From: Octopus sinensis
Lineage: Eukaryota
Direction of reading: 5' to 3'
Length of the DNA: 64,000 nucleotides
Assembly (NCBI RefSeq): GCF_006345805.1
Contig: NC_043006.1
Coordinates: 53,444,001 to 53,508,000 of the forward strand
Part shown: in pieces, positions 1 to 14,255 of the stretch
How the letters are laid out: the number at the start of each line of letters is the position of its first letter
Numbering within the stretch: position 1 is the stretch's first letter
Position numbers and translations under genes: made by a program
The notes under the pieces: generated by a model
What the model was told of the DNA's origin: nothing
Seen by the model: only the letters and a program-made list of their open reading frames with translations
Databases searched by the model: none

Positions 1-361
1 TGCAAATATCACTTTTGAAGATCTGACTGAAACAAAATTGAACTTAGACGAACTCCTCGCTCTTCTCCTTTCACCCAATCTTTTATTCGGAAATTCTCTC
101 CTATTCAATCACATATACCTCAGAACATTAAGTATCTCTACTGAAGCTATTGTATACCTTCCTTCTCACTCATAACCAACCCTAAATTATCAAATCCACT
201 AACCCCCATTTACTTATACTGTTTGAAGGACCAACAAGAAAGACTCTATGAAATAGCTCTATCTGCTAGAAATCGCGGCCAAATTCCCTGAAAGTACGTT
301 TAGAAAAGGAGACGTTGAATAATGAGTACATGGGTTTCCTATGTTGTTGTTGTTTTTTCCT

Positions 362-478
362 TCTGCTCATAGGGTCGGTTTCCCGGTTTCCTTGGCGTAC
401 AGATTCCCCCATTGCCCGGTCTGAGATTCGAACCCGCGATCCCTCGACCGCGAGTCCGCTGCTCTAACCACGGGTCTC
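362..478 (-). mobile_element. tRNA-derived SINE family C fragment (tRNA-Arg-like head, possibly OR1-type)
   Basis: Reverse complement of a tRNA-like head with B box (ggttcgaatc) and the gactcgcggtc loop; shares sequence with copies at 53781, 54975 and 62575. Confidence 0.7.
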
Positions 479-1017
479 CTATACTTATGGTGAAATCGAG
501 ATGTTCACAGACAGAACAACTGCGATCATAGACCTGTTCAATCGGTTTTGACCTAGGACGAAACTACAACATCAACAACTACTACTGCGTTCCCTGAAAG
601 TTCCGCACTGCGTTGAATAAAAGTGAAACGGAATTCCGCTTGGGTGACCACTTCTAGGAACGTCTCCTTCACATCCGTAACAACGCCTGATTCAGTACGA
701 CATGGCAAACTTGTTACCATTTCGATATTACTCTATATTTAGATGTCAAACAAAGCGAATGAGTGAGTTTGTTTGTCATTTAACCTCATGTCAACCTTAC
801 TTAAACAGACCCATGATCAAGGACATTCTATGACCATCCCGTTGTTTTATATATCAGAAACTACATTATTTAATGTGTTCTACCATTTTTTTAGACGGTG
901 GAGTGGAGTTTGAAAAGAATTTGGCTGCTGTTTCTGATGGCTGGAGCGACCGCTTATGGACTCATTCGTGAGAGTAGGACAGATTATATTACTTAGTATT
1001 ATTAGTAAGCAAATATC

Positions 1018-1389
1018 TTTTATAGTCATTAGACTGCGATCATACTGGGTCACCACCTTGAAGAATATTTAGTCGAATGAATCGATCCCAGTACTTTTTA
1101 AGTCTGATACTTATTCTATCTGCCTCTTTGCCGAGCCGTTATGTTACAGGAACGTAAACACATCAACACCGGTTGTCAAGTGGTGGCGGGGGACACTCAA
1201 CGACACACACATATAAAGAAGCCCGTTGTATATGAACTTCTTTCAGTTTCCGACCACCAAATCCACTCACAAGACTTTAGTCGGACCGCGGCTATAATAA
1301 AAGACACTTGGCCAAGGTGCCACGCAGTGGAACTGAACCCAGAACTATGTAGCTGGGAAGCTATTTTACCACATATTCACGCCGGCGCC
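1018..1389 (-). mobile_element. tRNA-derived CORE-type SINE family A, near full length, diverged
   Basis: Reverse complement of the head ggcgc..gtggtaa, the ccttggccaagtgtctt CORE-like motif and the shared 3' tail (gcagtctaatgact); more than 10 copies in the window. Confidence 0.9.
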
Positions 1390-1854
1390 TATTAGAATTT
1401 TTATATCTTTTCCATCTCAATTTTTAAAAACTAAACCCTTTAAGAGTAAACGTTAAGAGTAAGCCCTGTTCTACGTGACACATTCAACCAGTATCCGAAG
1501 TTTCAAAGTGTTTAGCTAAAAAAAAATATGTGCTTGAGATGGAACAGATCCGAATTTTTTAAATATTATTCAGTGTTAGACACAAGCAAGAGAAAGGGTT
1601 ATTTTACACGATGTTATGTAGTAGCAAGTGGAAGAGGGGGAATTGGATTTTTGATATTACTCACATTTGACTCAAAGTCGTTGAGGAATTTTGCTAATTT
1701 TCTAAATGGAATTTGTATGTTACCATATCATTTCTTTTTCTTTGCTTTTTTTTTTTGCCTCTATTCAATATTTACACAGACAATAATTCAAACTATCGGC
1801 TTCTAGTCTTCATTTTGTGTTTGATAACTTTATCAAATCAACTCAAACTGAAGG

Positions 1855-2040
1855 TGGATGGGCTGGCAGAATTGCTAACGCTAGGCACAATGTTCTTTAC
1901 GTTCTGGGTTCAAATCCCGCCGAAGTTAACTTTATTGCTTCGGAGTCGAAAATTAAAGTTGCAGTCAAGTACTTGATTCGATGGTTTCAATTAATAACCC
2001 CTCCCCTCAAAATTGTTGGCCTTTTTTACCTAAATCAAAA
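1855..2040 (+). mobile_element. tRNA-derived SINE family B (Meta-domain-like)
   Basis: gctggcagaa head, gttcaaatcc B box and diverged central domain shared with other copies. Confidence 0.75.
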
Positions 2041-2672
2041 ATCATTATTTCAGATTAAACTATATATTTTTTATTCAATTTTATTGTTATTTGTTTGAAT
2101 TAAGGCAAATGATATATAAAAAAACAGTAAACCTTTAAAAATAGAGTTCACGCATTCAATCCTAACAAGTACAGTGAAATTACTGAACCCCAATCGTGAG
2201 CAGAGGGTAGTGGAGTCGTAGAATACATCCGTTGCTCTACACCACCAGTCATTTAGATACCTTTAATGGAGTCCCCTCTATTGCAATCATTCGAATCAGG
2301 CCTGTAGTCTGACTTCGCTCTTACCCAGGCGAATCTGATGTGTGGACCTGAAAAGGAAGACATGGACACTGACTGTCCCTTTTCCTTGGACTTAGTCATG
2401 TAAAGATCAAGTAAATAAATAAACTGTAACCCAACGTCTCCATTGGCCACATCTCGGACAATGATCTTTCACCTTACACTACGGATTCTGGCAAAATGGG
2501 AACACAGCGAAACGTATGACATATTCACCTTTGATATTTCTTTTTCCTACATCAACGAAAGATTTTCCAGCTTATAATTCCCCCTCACCCTTCGCCTGAC
2601 CACAAGCTCTCCCCTTCTCCATTTCCTTCTTTCTTTTAGCACCCGGTTCGAAATAATAATAATAATAATAAT

Positions 2673-3530
2673 AATCCTTTCTACTATTTGGGCCCGAAAT
2701 TTGGGTGGGGGGGCCAGTCGATTAAATCGCCCAGTATGCAACTGGTACTTAATTTATCGACCCCGAAAGAATGAAAGGCAAAGTCGACCTCGGCGGTATT
2801 TGAACTCAGAACGTAAAAACAGACGAAATACCTATTTCTTTACTACCCACAAGGGGCTAAACACAGAGAGGACAAACAAGGACAGACAGACAGATTAAGT
2901 TGATTATATCGACCCCAGTGCGTAACTGGTACTTAATTTATCGACCCCGAAAGGATGAAAGGTAAAGTCGACCTCGGCGGAATTTGAACTCAGAACGTAG
3001 CGGCAGACGAAACACGGCTAAGCATTTCGCCCGGCGTACTAACGATTCTGCCAGCTCGCCGCCTAAATAATAGTAATAATAATTATTATTATTTCAAATT
3101 TGTGCCACAAGGGCAGCTTCGAGAAGGTGGGGATGAATTGACTAATTCGATTCCGTGTTCAACTTGTACTTATTTTATCGACCCCGAAATGATGAAAGGC
3201 AAAGTCGACCTCGGTGGAACTTTAACTCAGAACGTAAAAACTGACGAAATGCCACTAAGCATTTTTGCCCGGTGTGGTAAAGATTCTGACAGCGCACCGC
3301 CTTAATAATAATAATAATCCTTTCTACTATAGGCATAAGGCCTGGATTTTGTGGGGAGGGGAACAGTCGATCACATCGACCTGAGTACTCAACTAGTACT
3401 TTATTTATTGACCCTGAAAGGATGAAAGGCAAAGTCGACGTCGGCGGAATTCGAACGCAGAACGTAATGACAGGCGAAATACCGCTAAGCATTTCGTCCA
3501 GCGTGCTAACGATTCTGCCAGCTCGCCGCT
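2673..3530 (-). mobile_element. Four head-to-tail SINE family B copies (about 2673-2835, 2835-3063, 3090-3303, 3316-3530)
   Basis: The motif atcgaccccgaaaggatgaaaggcaaagtcgacctcggcggaatttgaactcagaacg recurs four times, mostly separated by (AAT)n spacers. Confidence 0.92.
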
Positions 3531-4180
3531 TTCAAAAGATTTGTTGCAGTTTGGCATTTGAGTTTCGTATTTCTAATACCATCTCATCCGCCATCATGTT
3601 GACATTGTGTCACTGTTGTAAAAGTTCCAAAATGGAATATGGATAAAAAAAAAGATAGATACTTTTTTAATATGAAAACGAACAAAAACAGGGATAAAGA
3701 ATAAAGGAAAGGAAAGAATAAAAAAAACGAGTAGAATTATGATTGTAGTTGAGAATAGACAGAGTGGAAGAATGCCTCTCAGATGTGTTAACTGATATAA
3801 CATGGCTTGGAGGGTGGTCCTATGGCTGAACTTTGGCAGAGTTTAAATAGAGCTGTCTAGTCTTCTTTCACATACGCGCGCGCACACATCTCTCTATCTC
3901 TCTCTCTCTCTCTTACTCTCCTTCTCACTTTCACTCTCTCACACACTCTCTCTCTCTCCTTCTATCTATCTATCCCTATAAATTCTGTGTGTGTGTGTGT
4001 GTGTGTACGTACGTACATAACAATACGCATATACATGTACTAAGCATAAAACATATCTGAATGTTTCATTGTTTTAGCTTTGTAGCCTATTTTGCATGCT
4101 TGTTGCTTTACTATTGTTTTGATGTTTCTGTTGTTTGTTGTTGTCCTCCTATGCTGCAAGGATTCAAGGACTCACATATG

Positions 4181-4610
<430 letters not shown>

Positions 4611-4836
4611 GACGAACTAACTGTTACTTTCTTAGATGCAGCACGGACTTTGTCAGTGAACAGGTCGCGGATTTTAGCGACGAAAATATTTTGACAAATT
4701 AAACTTAAATGTTGAAGTGAATCGAACGGCTTTTGTGTGTTTCTTAAATGGCTTATAAACACCTTCCACGCTGCAATTGTTTTCGTTTCAGCACACGATC
4801 TCAGTTCAAATTACTTGCTATGCGAGTACATCTCCG

Positions 4837-4905
<69 letters not shown>

Positions 4906-4954
4906 CCCCAGCATGGCCACAGCTCATAAGCTGAAACTAGAATCAGTCAATCAA

Positions 4955-5008
<54 letters not shown>

Positions 5009-5200
5009 TGTATGTATGTATGTATGTATGTATATAAATTAGAGAAGAACCACCTTTTATCAATTCAACAATGAAATAACAATGATATAATTGAATTATA
5101 CCATATAGAAAAAAATTAAATATACGATAAAACATATACCAATAATTAAGTAAAGTACAACATAATAAATAAAAAAAATAAAAAATTATATATATATGTA

Positions 5201-5253
<53 letters not shown>

Positions 5254-5789
5254 TGAGTTTGTGGTGATTGATGCTTGAGCACAACTGGATTATCCATGCA
5301 ATTAGCAAACAAAAACTCCTTCTGGCAACATATATTCACAAAAATAACCCATTTATTAACGGACCCCTTTTTTGCTCAGTCTGTATCACGCACACAACAT
5401 ACACACACACTCACACACACACAAATACACACTCAAACTCACGTCTTTCTCATATTAACATATACTAACACACTCACATACTCACACACTAAACAGATTA
5501 CAATACACATGGGGAAATGCCACTCATAAAAGCAGATTGCTTTTCAGTTGTGATTAAACTTTCTGCTATTAGTTTCATGTTATGAATTTGAGGTGGTCTC
5601 GTCGATTGAATCAACACGAGTTCATCATTTTATCGATCCAGTAGGGATGAAAAAGATAGCTTCGTCCCCATAGGATATAAAATCATAATTTAGAGGTAAA
5701 TCCTATCTTAGATTATAATTCAGCAGTCTGCAGATTCCCTAAATGCATGGGTATATTTTTTAAGTAACAAGAAAAGTAACTTTCAGCAA

Positions 5790-6010
5790 TACAGGTCGAC
5801 ATTGTTAAAACAAAGTGACTTTCTCAAAGGGAGATATTCTGATAAAATATGGTGACATTCTATTAAAGCAAGGCGTTATTTATTAAAATAACATTTCACC
5901 CTGTTAAAACGAGGTGGCATTCTGTTAAAACATGACGACAATCCAGTAAAATAGAGCTATATGTTGTTAAAATAAAGAGACATAAACATGAGGCGACTTT
6001 CTGTTAAAAC
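5790..6010. repeat. Degenerate ~21-bp minisatellite (approximate consensus gaggtgacattctgttaaaac)
   Basis: About nine spaced variants of (c)tgttaaaa(c/t) preceded by g.gac.tt. Confidence 0.65.
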
Positions 6011-6852
6011 AACCAAGAGGTGTATTTAATCCAACATTAACCTAAAAAGTTAACGAAAGTAAACGAAAATTAGTCATATTTTTTCTCAATATATTCGCTG
6101 GAAACAATAAACAACGACCTGACCACTCCACTAAGCCCTCAGAAGAAGGTAACATCAGTAAAACGTCTGAGGCAGTAGGAAGAACATCTCAAAACCTTTA
6201 AGATTTGCTCCCTAAAAGCAGAAGACTGATAGCGTTGGGGGAGGCATTATCATCTACAGCTGGAAGATTCAGCGTGGTATAGTACTAAATTTCAGTATAT
6301 CTTGTCACAAACACAAGCCCACGCACCACGAGTCCAAATAGCATCAGTAAAGCGCGTACAATTCCAGGCCTTGCATCCGTTACTCGTCGAGAAAACACAC
6401 AAGAAAAACATTGGAGAGATTTACTATCATCTACAAATTCTGGAAGTTAAAGAAGCCAAACTTTCATAAACCCCATGGAATAAATTCTAAGAAGTAAAAC
6501 AACAGAGAATACGATGTGAGTGTCAACTGTTGAAGATCACATTAGAAGATAAGTGAACAAAGATGTTATAACAATTTCATCTTCAGAGGAACTCAGTTGT
6601 TTGATTTTGGTGGTGGGGTTGTTTTTTTTTTTGTAGTGTTATCACATCTTGAAGATTTAAAGCATCACCTGTATTATGTTCCCCTCCTGTGTCCCATATT
6701 AACCATTTTCAAGAAGGCTCAAATCACCGTGAAATAGCCTCCAGAAGATCCGATTCACCGACTACAAACATACATGCTCACATACACACGTACGCACGCA
6801 CGTACACAGACTCACACACACACACAAACTATCTCTCACTCTCGCACACACA

Positions 6853-6907
<55 letters not shown>

Positions 6908-7085
6908 CATTTATCAAACAAACAGATTTAGGGGATAAGTGCATTTGTCTTGCGTTACGACTTTTCATACAACTGATTTCGTTTTTTTGTAAATATTCTG
7001 TAGCTTGCGCATTTCGACATCCTGATTAGATATAAATCCCAGCTGACTGATATCAAAATTATCTTATATTTTTCACTTTTAATAA

Positions 7086-7330
7086 TTTCAGTCATTAGAC
7101 TGCGCCCATTCTGGAATACCGCCCTGAAGAGTTTAGTGAAACAAATCGACCTCAGTACGGTGCGTTTTTTTTTTGGGGGGGGGATTGTTTGTTTAAAGTC
7201 TGGTACTTCTTTCGTCCTATTTTGTTGAACCGCTAAGTTACAGGGACATAAGGAAAAGCCAATATCAATTATCAAGTAGTGAGTGTGGGACAAATACAAA
7301 CACACACGCACGCACATACATACATACATA
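7086..7330 (-). mobile_element. SINE family A 3' half
   Basis: tttcagtcattagactgcg...ccgctaagttac tail motifs. Confidence 0.85.
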
Positions 7331-7351
7331 CATATGTGTGTGTGTATGTGA

Positions 7352-7394
<43 letters not shown>

Positions 7395-7653
7395 GTCTCT
7401 TAAGGATGCTTTCCAGTTCACTGCACTCTGATATCAAATCCCACCTAGATCGGACTAGCTTTTCATCTCTCGCATGTTATATACATAAAATGCTAGACAG
7501 TTCCTTGCCATTCTCGACATTGAACCAGACCTCGGCCCATTGGAATCTAGTCCAGTATTCAACAATATTTATTAGTTTCAAAATATTGGTTCAGAATAAA
7601 ATAACTGAATGAAAATATATTATTAGAAAGATATTCTTTTTATACCGCCATCT

Positions 7654-8410
<757 letters not shown>

Positions 8411-9483
8411 TGATAATATATCTGGGACTTTATTACCCAATGTTGTCTTCCCTTTTTAAAAACAGTGACGTGTGATATGAAAGACATTTGGTTAATATGT
8501 TTAACAGTTCCAGTAACCAAGATTGCCTCTACTGGCTCATGTATTCAAGAGTTTTATCCATCAGGTTTTAAAACAAACTATGAAAGGTCTGTCAGTCCGA
8601 TTATAATATAACTTAGAACGTGAAAACTTCCTCTCACATTTCTTCATAAAGAAGAACAAACATTCCAATTCTCTGGGGACGACAAGATAAATATAAGTTG
8701 CATTGGGAGCTATCTTTAAGTAGTGATGTTCTTTAAGTTCCATGGTACATTTACTTTAGAAATGGTTCTGTTGTAAAACAGTTTTTAAGGTTAGGGAATT
8801 GGATGGCCGCCATGAATGGTTGTACTATCTTCGTCTATGCTCACTCCGCCCCCAATTTTTGGCATTATTCATCACTTTGTAATTGTTAGGGAGAATTTTT
8901 TCAGGTGGTGAAACTGTAGGATCGTCAAAACACTGGATGAAATTGCCTTGCAGAATTTGCTTCTGCGTCCGGAATTCAAATTCCACCAATATCAACTTTG
9001 TCTTCCGTTCTTTCGTGGGTAATAGAAAATCAACAATTCAGGACAATGAATTGGCAGAACGGTAAGAACGTTAGACGAGGTGCCTTCCGATATTTGCTCC
9101 ATCATGTACGGTGGGGCTATCCTTGTCTATTCCCTTTCTGTCTTGCATTAGGTTATGGGGTTAAGAATTATCTGGTTTACACAATTCTCTTAGGGAATTC
9201 TTTTTTCTGGAAAGTTTATTAAATCTAAAAACTCTGTAGAGCGACAGATGTAAAACAAACTTCTCCATGACTGCTGTTTTAGCATTTGTTTTCCAGGATA
9301 AACGTATTTTTCTGTGTGTGCGAGTGTTATTGTTGCTATTGCTGTCGTTCAAATATTTGTTAAAGTGTTCAAAATAATTTCTTTTCCTGTTAAATGTTCA
9401 TCTAAAACATTTAATATTTTTCATGCCTTCCTTTTTATTGAAAGTGCTCACCTTATAGTGTCATTAGGTTCTATTCTGTTGTG

Positions 9484-9523
<40 letters not shown>

Positions 9524-9540
9524 TGTGTGTGTGGTGTGTG

Positions 9541-9595
<55 letters not shown>

Positions 9596-9750
9596 TGTGT
9601 GCTGCTTTAATCATTGGGCTGCAGTCATTCTGGGGTACTACTTTCGAGGGTATGGTCGATCATATCGATCTCAGTATTTATTTCAGTGCTACGATCATCC
9701 ACTCCGTCAACAAAATTCTACTCACAAGTTCCTTATGAAGCTACATGTAA

Positions 9751-9803
9751 TATTATTATTATTCAGGTCACTACTTGGAATCGAACTTGAAATCTTGGAG
9801 TTA
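9751..9803 (-). repeat. Inverted partial copy of the adjacent SINE 5' region
   Basis: 53 bp complementary to 9844-9896 with 3 differences. Confidence 0.95.
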
Positions 9804-9807
9804 AGAG

Positions 9808-10121
9808 CGGGCATATGGCGCAGTGGTTAAGAGCGCGTGCTACTAACTCCAAGATTCCGAGTTCGATTCCAAGCAGTGACCTGAATAATAATAATAATAA
9901 TAATAATAACAATAATAACAATAATAACATCGAAAAATACCTCAGGAATGAGAACCCAGGTTCGAAATTTTCCCAAGACACCTGATGAAGGGTAGAAGGT
10001 ATATCAGCCGAAACGCTGTGTTAACAACAAACAAGACGAGGACAAATATCCGTCAAATGTAAATAACGTAAATAATGTAAATAATGTACATAATTCCTCA
10101 TCTCTTAAATATAGAACTGTA
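9808..10121 (+). mobile_element. SINE family E: tRNA-like head + (AAT)n + hammerhead-like module + (TGTAAATAA)n-like tail
   Basis: A box TGGCGCAGTGG and B box GAGTTCGATTCC; second copy at 38324-38535. Confidence 0.85.
9977..10022 (+). ncRNA. Minimal type I HHR motif in SINE E (decayed copy)
   Basis: gacac-CTGATGA-A-gggtagaaggtatatcagcc-GAAA-cgct-gtgtt; stem I gacac/gtgtt pairs, stem II and U16.1 are mutated. Confidence 0.6.
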
Positions 10122-10470
10122 TACTCAACGCATTTGAAATGTGGGTGTATAAGAAAATGTTACGAGTCTCATAGAAGAAACATCGGACAAATGAATGGGT
10201 GTTACAAACTGAAAGACAACTCGAACTTTGTAAAAAAAACAAAAGCTCGTCTATTATGGCCATATTCGAAGATGCAGAGATTTGGAAAACATTATCATGG
10301 AAGATATGGTTGAGGGCAATAAATCAAGAGGCAGGTAAAGAACGCAATGGATGGAAAATATCAAAACCTGGTTGGACAAGGATGGCAAGGCAGCTGGATA
10401 ACTCACGTTTAATCGAGAAGACTCTCGTTGCAGTGTCATCAATGCGCTGCAGACGTACGATACATGATGA
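10122..10470 (+). mobile_element. RTE-clade LINE 3' ORF remnant (frameshifted)
   Basis: Translates across frameshifts to LNAFEMWVYKKMLRVS...YYGHIRR..LENIIMEDMVEGNKSRGR..WMENIKTW, typical of the RTE reverse transcriptase C-terminal region. Confidence 0.85.
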
Positions 10471-11222
10471 CTATGTCGACTTGATCTTTGAAAAGAGTTA
10501 CTACGTACTTGTAGTGTTTTTAGGCTTTAAAGAAGCAGGCTTTTGTCTATTGTTATGATTGAAAATTTCCCAAGAAAGATCCTCAATGATCAGTAGTGAC
10601 ACTGTGGTTCTAAACTGTACTGTCAAAAATTAAAGAAGGATGGGTGGAAGATTGATTGTGTACAGCGGCTGTATTTTTGAGCAGTTGGAAGAAACAAGAC
10701 TGTCATGCATGACAATATTTCTTTACTCTCACATCTCGAACTTTATCATCTTAAATCTTCCCGTTAGCTAATAAAATGCAACGGTAAATCATTCTATCGT
10801 CTCGTATCCACCTTTGAATAATAATATGAAGAAAAAGGAGAAGTCTTCAGCAATGTTGCAACCGATAAGGACCTTGAATAAATTTTGATGGTATTCTGAA
10901 CATTAAATTAACCGATAGTGGCGAGACAGGAAAAGGGAGAGAAAATATATACGTAAATAGAAAAGATTGGGGGGAAGGGCATTTTTCTTTCCTTTTTTTT
11001 TTTTTTTGTAACTTATTTAATTCATTTATATTTTCTCAGCTTTCTTGATAAATTAATCTCTAATGTGAAAAAAAGAAAACATACTTTAAATATGTTAATA
11101 GTAGCAATAACAGGTTTGAAACTTGTTTGGAATGTGTGGCTGACGTCGGCATTTTCATTCCATGATATTTACTTCAGTTTCAATGAGGCAATTACGAGTC
11201 TGCATATCTATATACATGCTCC

Positions 11223-11251
<29 letters not shown>

Positions 11252-11277
<26 letters not shown>

Positions 11278-11287
11278 GATATATAAT

Positions 11288-11347
<60 letters not shown>

Positions 11348-11391
11348 CTACATATATCATATATTATATATATATATATATATATAATATA

Positions 11392-11486
<95 letters not shown>

Positions 11487-11490
11487 TTAT
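11252..11490. repeat. (TA)n microsatellite
   Basis: Directly visible. Confidence 0.98.
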
Positions 11491-11685
11491 TTCTTTTCTA
11501 CTACCTCTCTCTCTCCCTCTCTCTGTAGTTTGTGTGTATGTGTGTATCATATACTCGTTGTGTAATGTTTCTCACGTTCATCCACACTTGCATATGTATG
11601 TTTATGTGGGTGTCTATATAAATATATATATACGTATACACATACATACAGACACACACAAACATACACACACATGTATATGTGC

Positions 11686-11718
<33 letters not shown>

Positions 11719-12370
11719 CTATATATACATGCACACTTTTTTTCGTTGTTAGAACTTTTTTTTCGTTGTTCGAAAAAGAAGTTCGTCTCTATGTTTTTGT
11801 TTTTATGTGTTCGTTTCTCATTGTGTTCATCGTTTTTTTTTTTTGATGTCCTGTACCCATATATGCATGTATATATACATATATATGTAGGTATGTACAT
11901 ATATGTATGTATATATGAATGTATTTATGTATTATTTATATTATTATATATACACACCCGTGAGTGTGAATGTAAGTATGTATGTGTAATAGGTGCATGT
12001 AGGTATATGTGCATGTATGTATATATGTGTGTGTATGCATGTGGGGTAGAGCGCATATAGAATTTATTCAAATCATAGTCTGCGTATGTCGCCAATCGGA
12101 GCTTTTCGTTCTCGCTATTTTCGGTTGGCTCAGAAATGGGAGCCAAAAAACCTCAGCGAAACTTCTCGCATTGACTCAGCTCCAAATAAATGCTCTTCCA
12201 TTCCACCTTACAATATTGAATACCTTTGTTTGTTTTTGTTGTGTTTTGCAATTCGCACCACTATGAACCAACAATTACACATTTTCACACATACACATGT
12301 GTAAGAATGTCTCTATGTATGCGCATAAAGACTTACAAATACAGTGTGGATTTGTACACCTTTTTTTTTC

Positions 12371-12580
12371 CTCTTTTAATTGTTTCAGTCATTTGACTGT
12401 GGCCATGCAGGAGCACCGCCTTTTAGTCGAGCAAATCGACCCCAGGACTTATTCTTTGTAAGCCTAGTACTTATTCTATCGGGTTCTTTTGCCGAACCAC
12501 TAAGTTACGGGGACGTAAACACACCAGCATCGGTTGTCAAGCGATGTTAGGGGGGAGGACAAACACAGACACACAAACAT

Positions 12581-12642
<62 letters not shown>

Positions 12643-12829
12643 TATACATACATACATACATATATACGACGGGCTCCTTTCAGTTTCCTTCTACCAAATC
12701 GACTCACAAGGCTTTGGTCGGCCCGAGTCTATAGTAGAAGACACTTGCCCAAAGTGTCACGTAGTGAGACTGAACCCGGAACCATGTGGTTCGTAAGCAA
12801 GCTATTTACCACACACCCACTCCTACGCC
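12371..12829 (-). mobile_element. SINE family A, full length
   Basis: Head, CORE-like domain, central (TA)n and tail all present. Confidence 0.95.
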
Positions 12830-13101
12830 TACTTACAAATAGTGTGGATTTGTATTAAACAATTTACAATTTATTTCACTCGCTTTTCACAATAAATTGT
12901 CTATATATAATATAACTGATATTTCGACCAAAGAAGACCCTATTCGCTGCTGAAATTTGTCGGATTCCAAATAATTTTTAAACTTTACTGTGTCGTTTAA
13001 AGTTGTCACATCGCCATCATAATTTCGGTCTTCGTTTGGAATCCTAAAACAGGAGCGTGAGAACGAAAAAAGAGACAGAAAAAGTGTACTAAGAGAGTGG
13101 G

Positions 13102-13133
<32 letters not shown>

Positions 13134-13599
13134 ATGATGATGATGATGATGAAAATGATGATGATGATGAGGGGAATTAAGGTTGAAGGAAACGAAGGAG
13201 GGGGAGGAGAGGAAGGTTGGAGGTGGAGGAGGAATGTTTGAGGAGGAGGAAGGCTGGAGGAGGAAGATTCGAGATTAATGATGTTGAGGAGGAGGAAGAG
13301 GAGGAGAGTTGAATTAGTTCCTTGAAATAGCGTTGTTAGTGGTAAACATTGACTAGAGATGGCAAAAGAGTAACTGGTGTAAGTTGATACAAGTGTTATA
13401 GCTTGATATGAGGTCCAAGGTCATGGCCTGAAGTGTTCAAGTGATGAGGTAATGGCGCTACTGCTGCTGCTGATGCTGCTGCTGCTGGTCGTGTGTAGAG
13501 GTGTATCTAATATATGCAAAAAAAAAAACATTACAGCGACTTGGACGATCTCGGTATCTATATCTCAGGTTGAACAGAGATACAGTAAAATTTATTCCA

Positions 13600-13865
13600 A
13601 AGGGAAAGCTTCTACTTGCTAGGTCGGTACGCCAGAAATAGCAGCCAAGTTCCCACCTGCTTTAAAAAGGAAGGGCACGTTAGTAAATGTAGTAAGAAAT
13701 ATAAAAAATATAAGATGCCCATGGCTAGAATGCTGTGTTGGATAACGAGGTACTAGGTTCTTTGCACATAAGTAAAAAAAAGACGGGACAGTCACTCCTG
13801 GAAAGCCTCTCAAAAAGATTTGCTCAATCAGGACTGACCTGGGGGTAAAGACCAACACAGCAATC
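13600..13865 (+). mobile_element. Old dispersed repeat, probably a decayed SINE; related copies near 770-960, 31375-31640 and 60550-61300
   Basis: Shared diverged motifs such as aaatagcagccaa and ctgacctgggg.taaa. Confidence 0.45.
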
Positions 13866-14211
13866 TTGATGCCTTATTCACTATAGTTATTCCATCTACT
13901 GCCATCTAACTTAAAATACTTTTATTTATGTCTGTTGAAACAAATTTCGATCAATATATCTCTATATATATAACTTTCTCCACCTTGGCGGACTTGAAGA
14001 ACTACTGCTGCTGCTGCTGCAGCTGGTCGTGTGTAGGAGTGTCTAATATATGTAAAAAAAAAACATTACACCGGTTTGGACGATATCGGTATCTATATCC
14101 TGAATGAATGCTTAATACTGGTAATTCAGCTCTGATTGAGTGCACGTATACTTAAGAACGTTCCAGCCATGCCTATCCTGTGGTTTCTTTTTCAAACTTT
14201 TCTTTTTTTTT

Positions 14212-14255
14212 AACATTATATACGTAGGCTCTACTGAGCCTACGTATATAATGTT
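14212..14255. repeat. Perfect 20-bp inverted repeat with a 4-nt loop
   Basis: aacattatatacgtaggctc-tact-gagcctacgtatataatgtt. Confidence 0.97.

Noticed and set aside
574-740. 55-codon minus-strand ORF MVTSLPCRTESG...
   Set aside because: Short, with no recognised homology or clear splice support.
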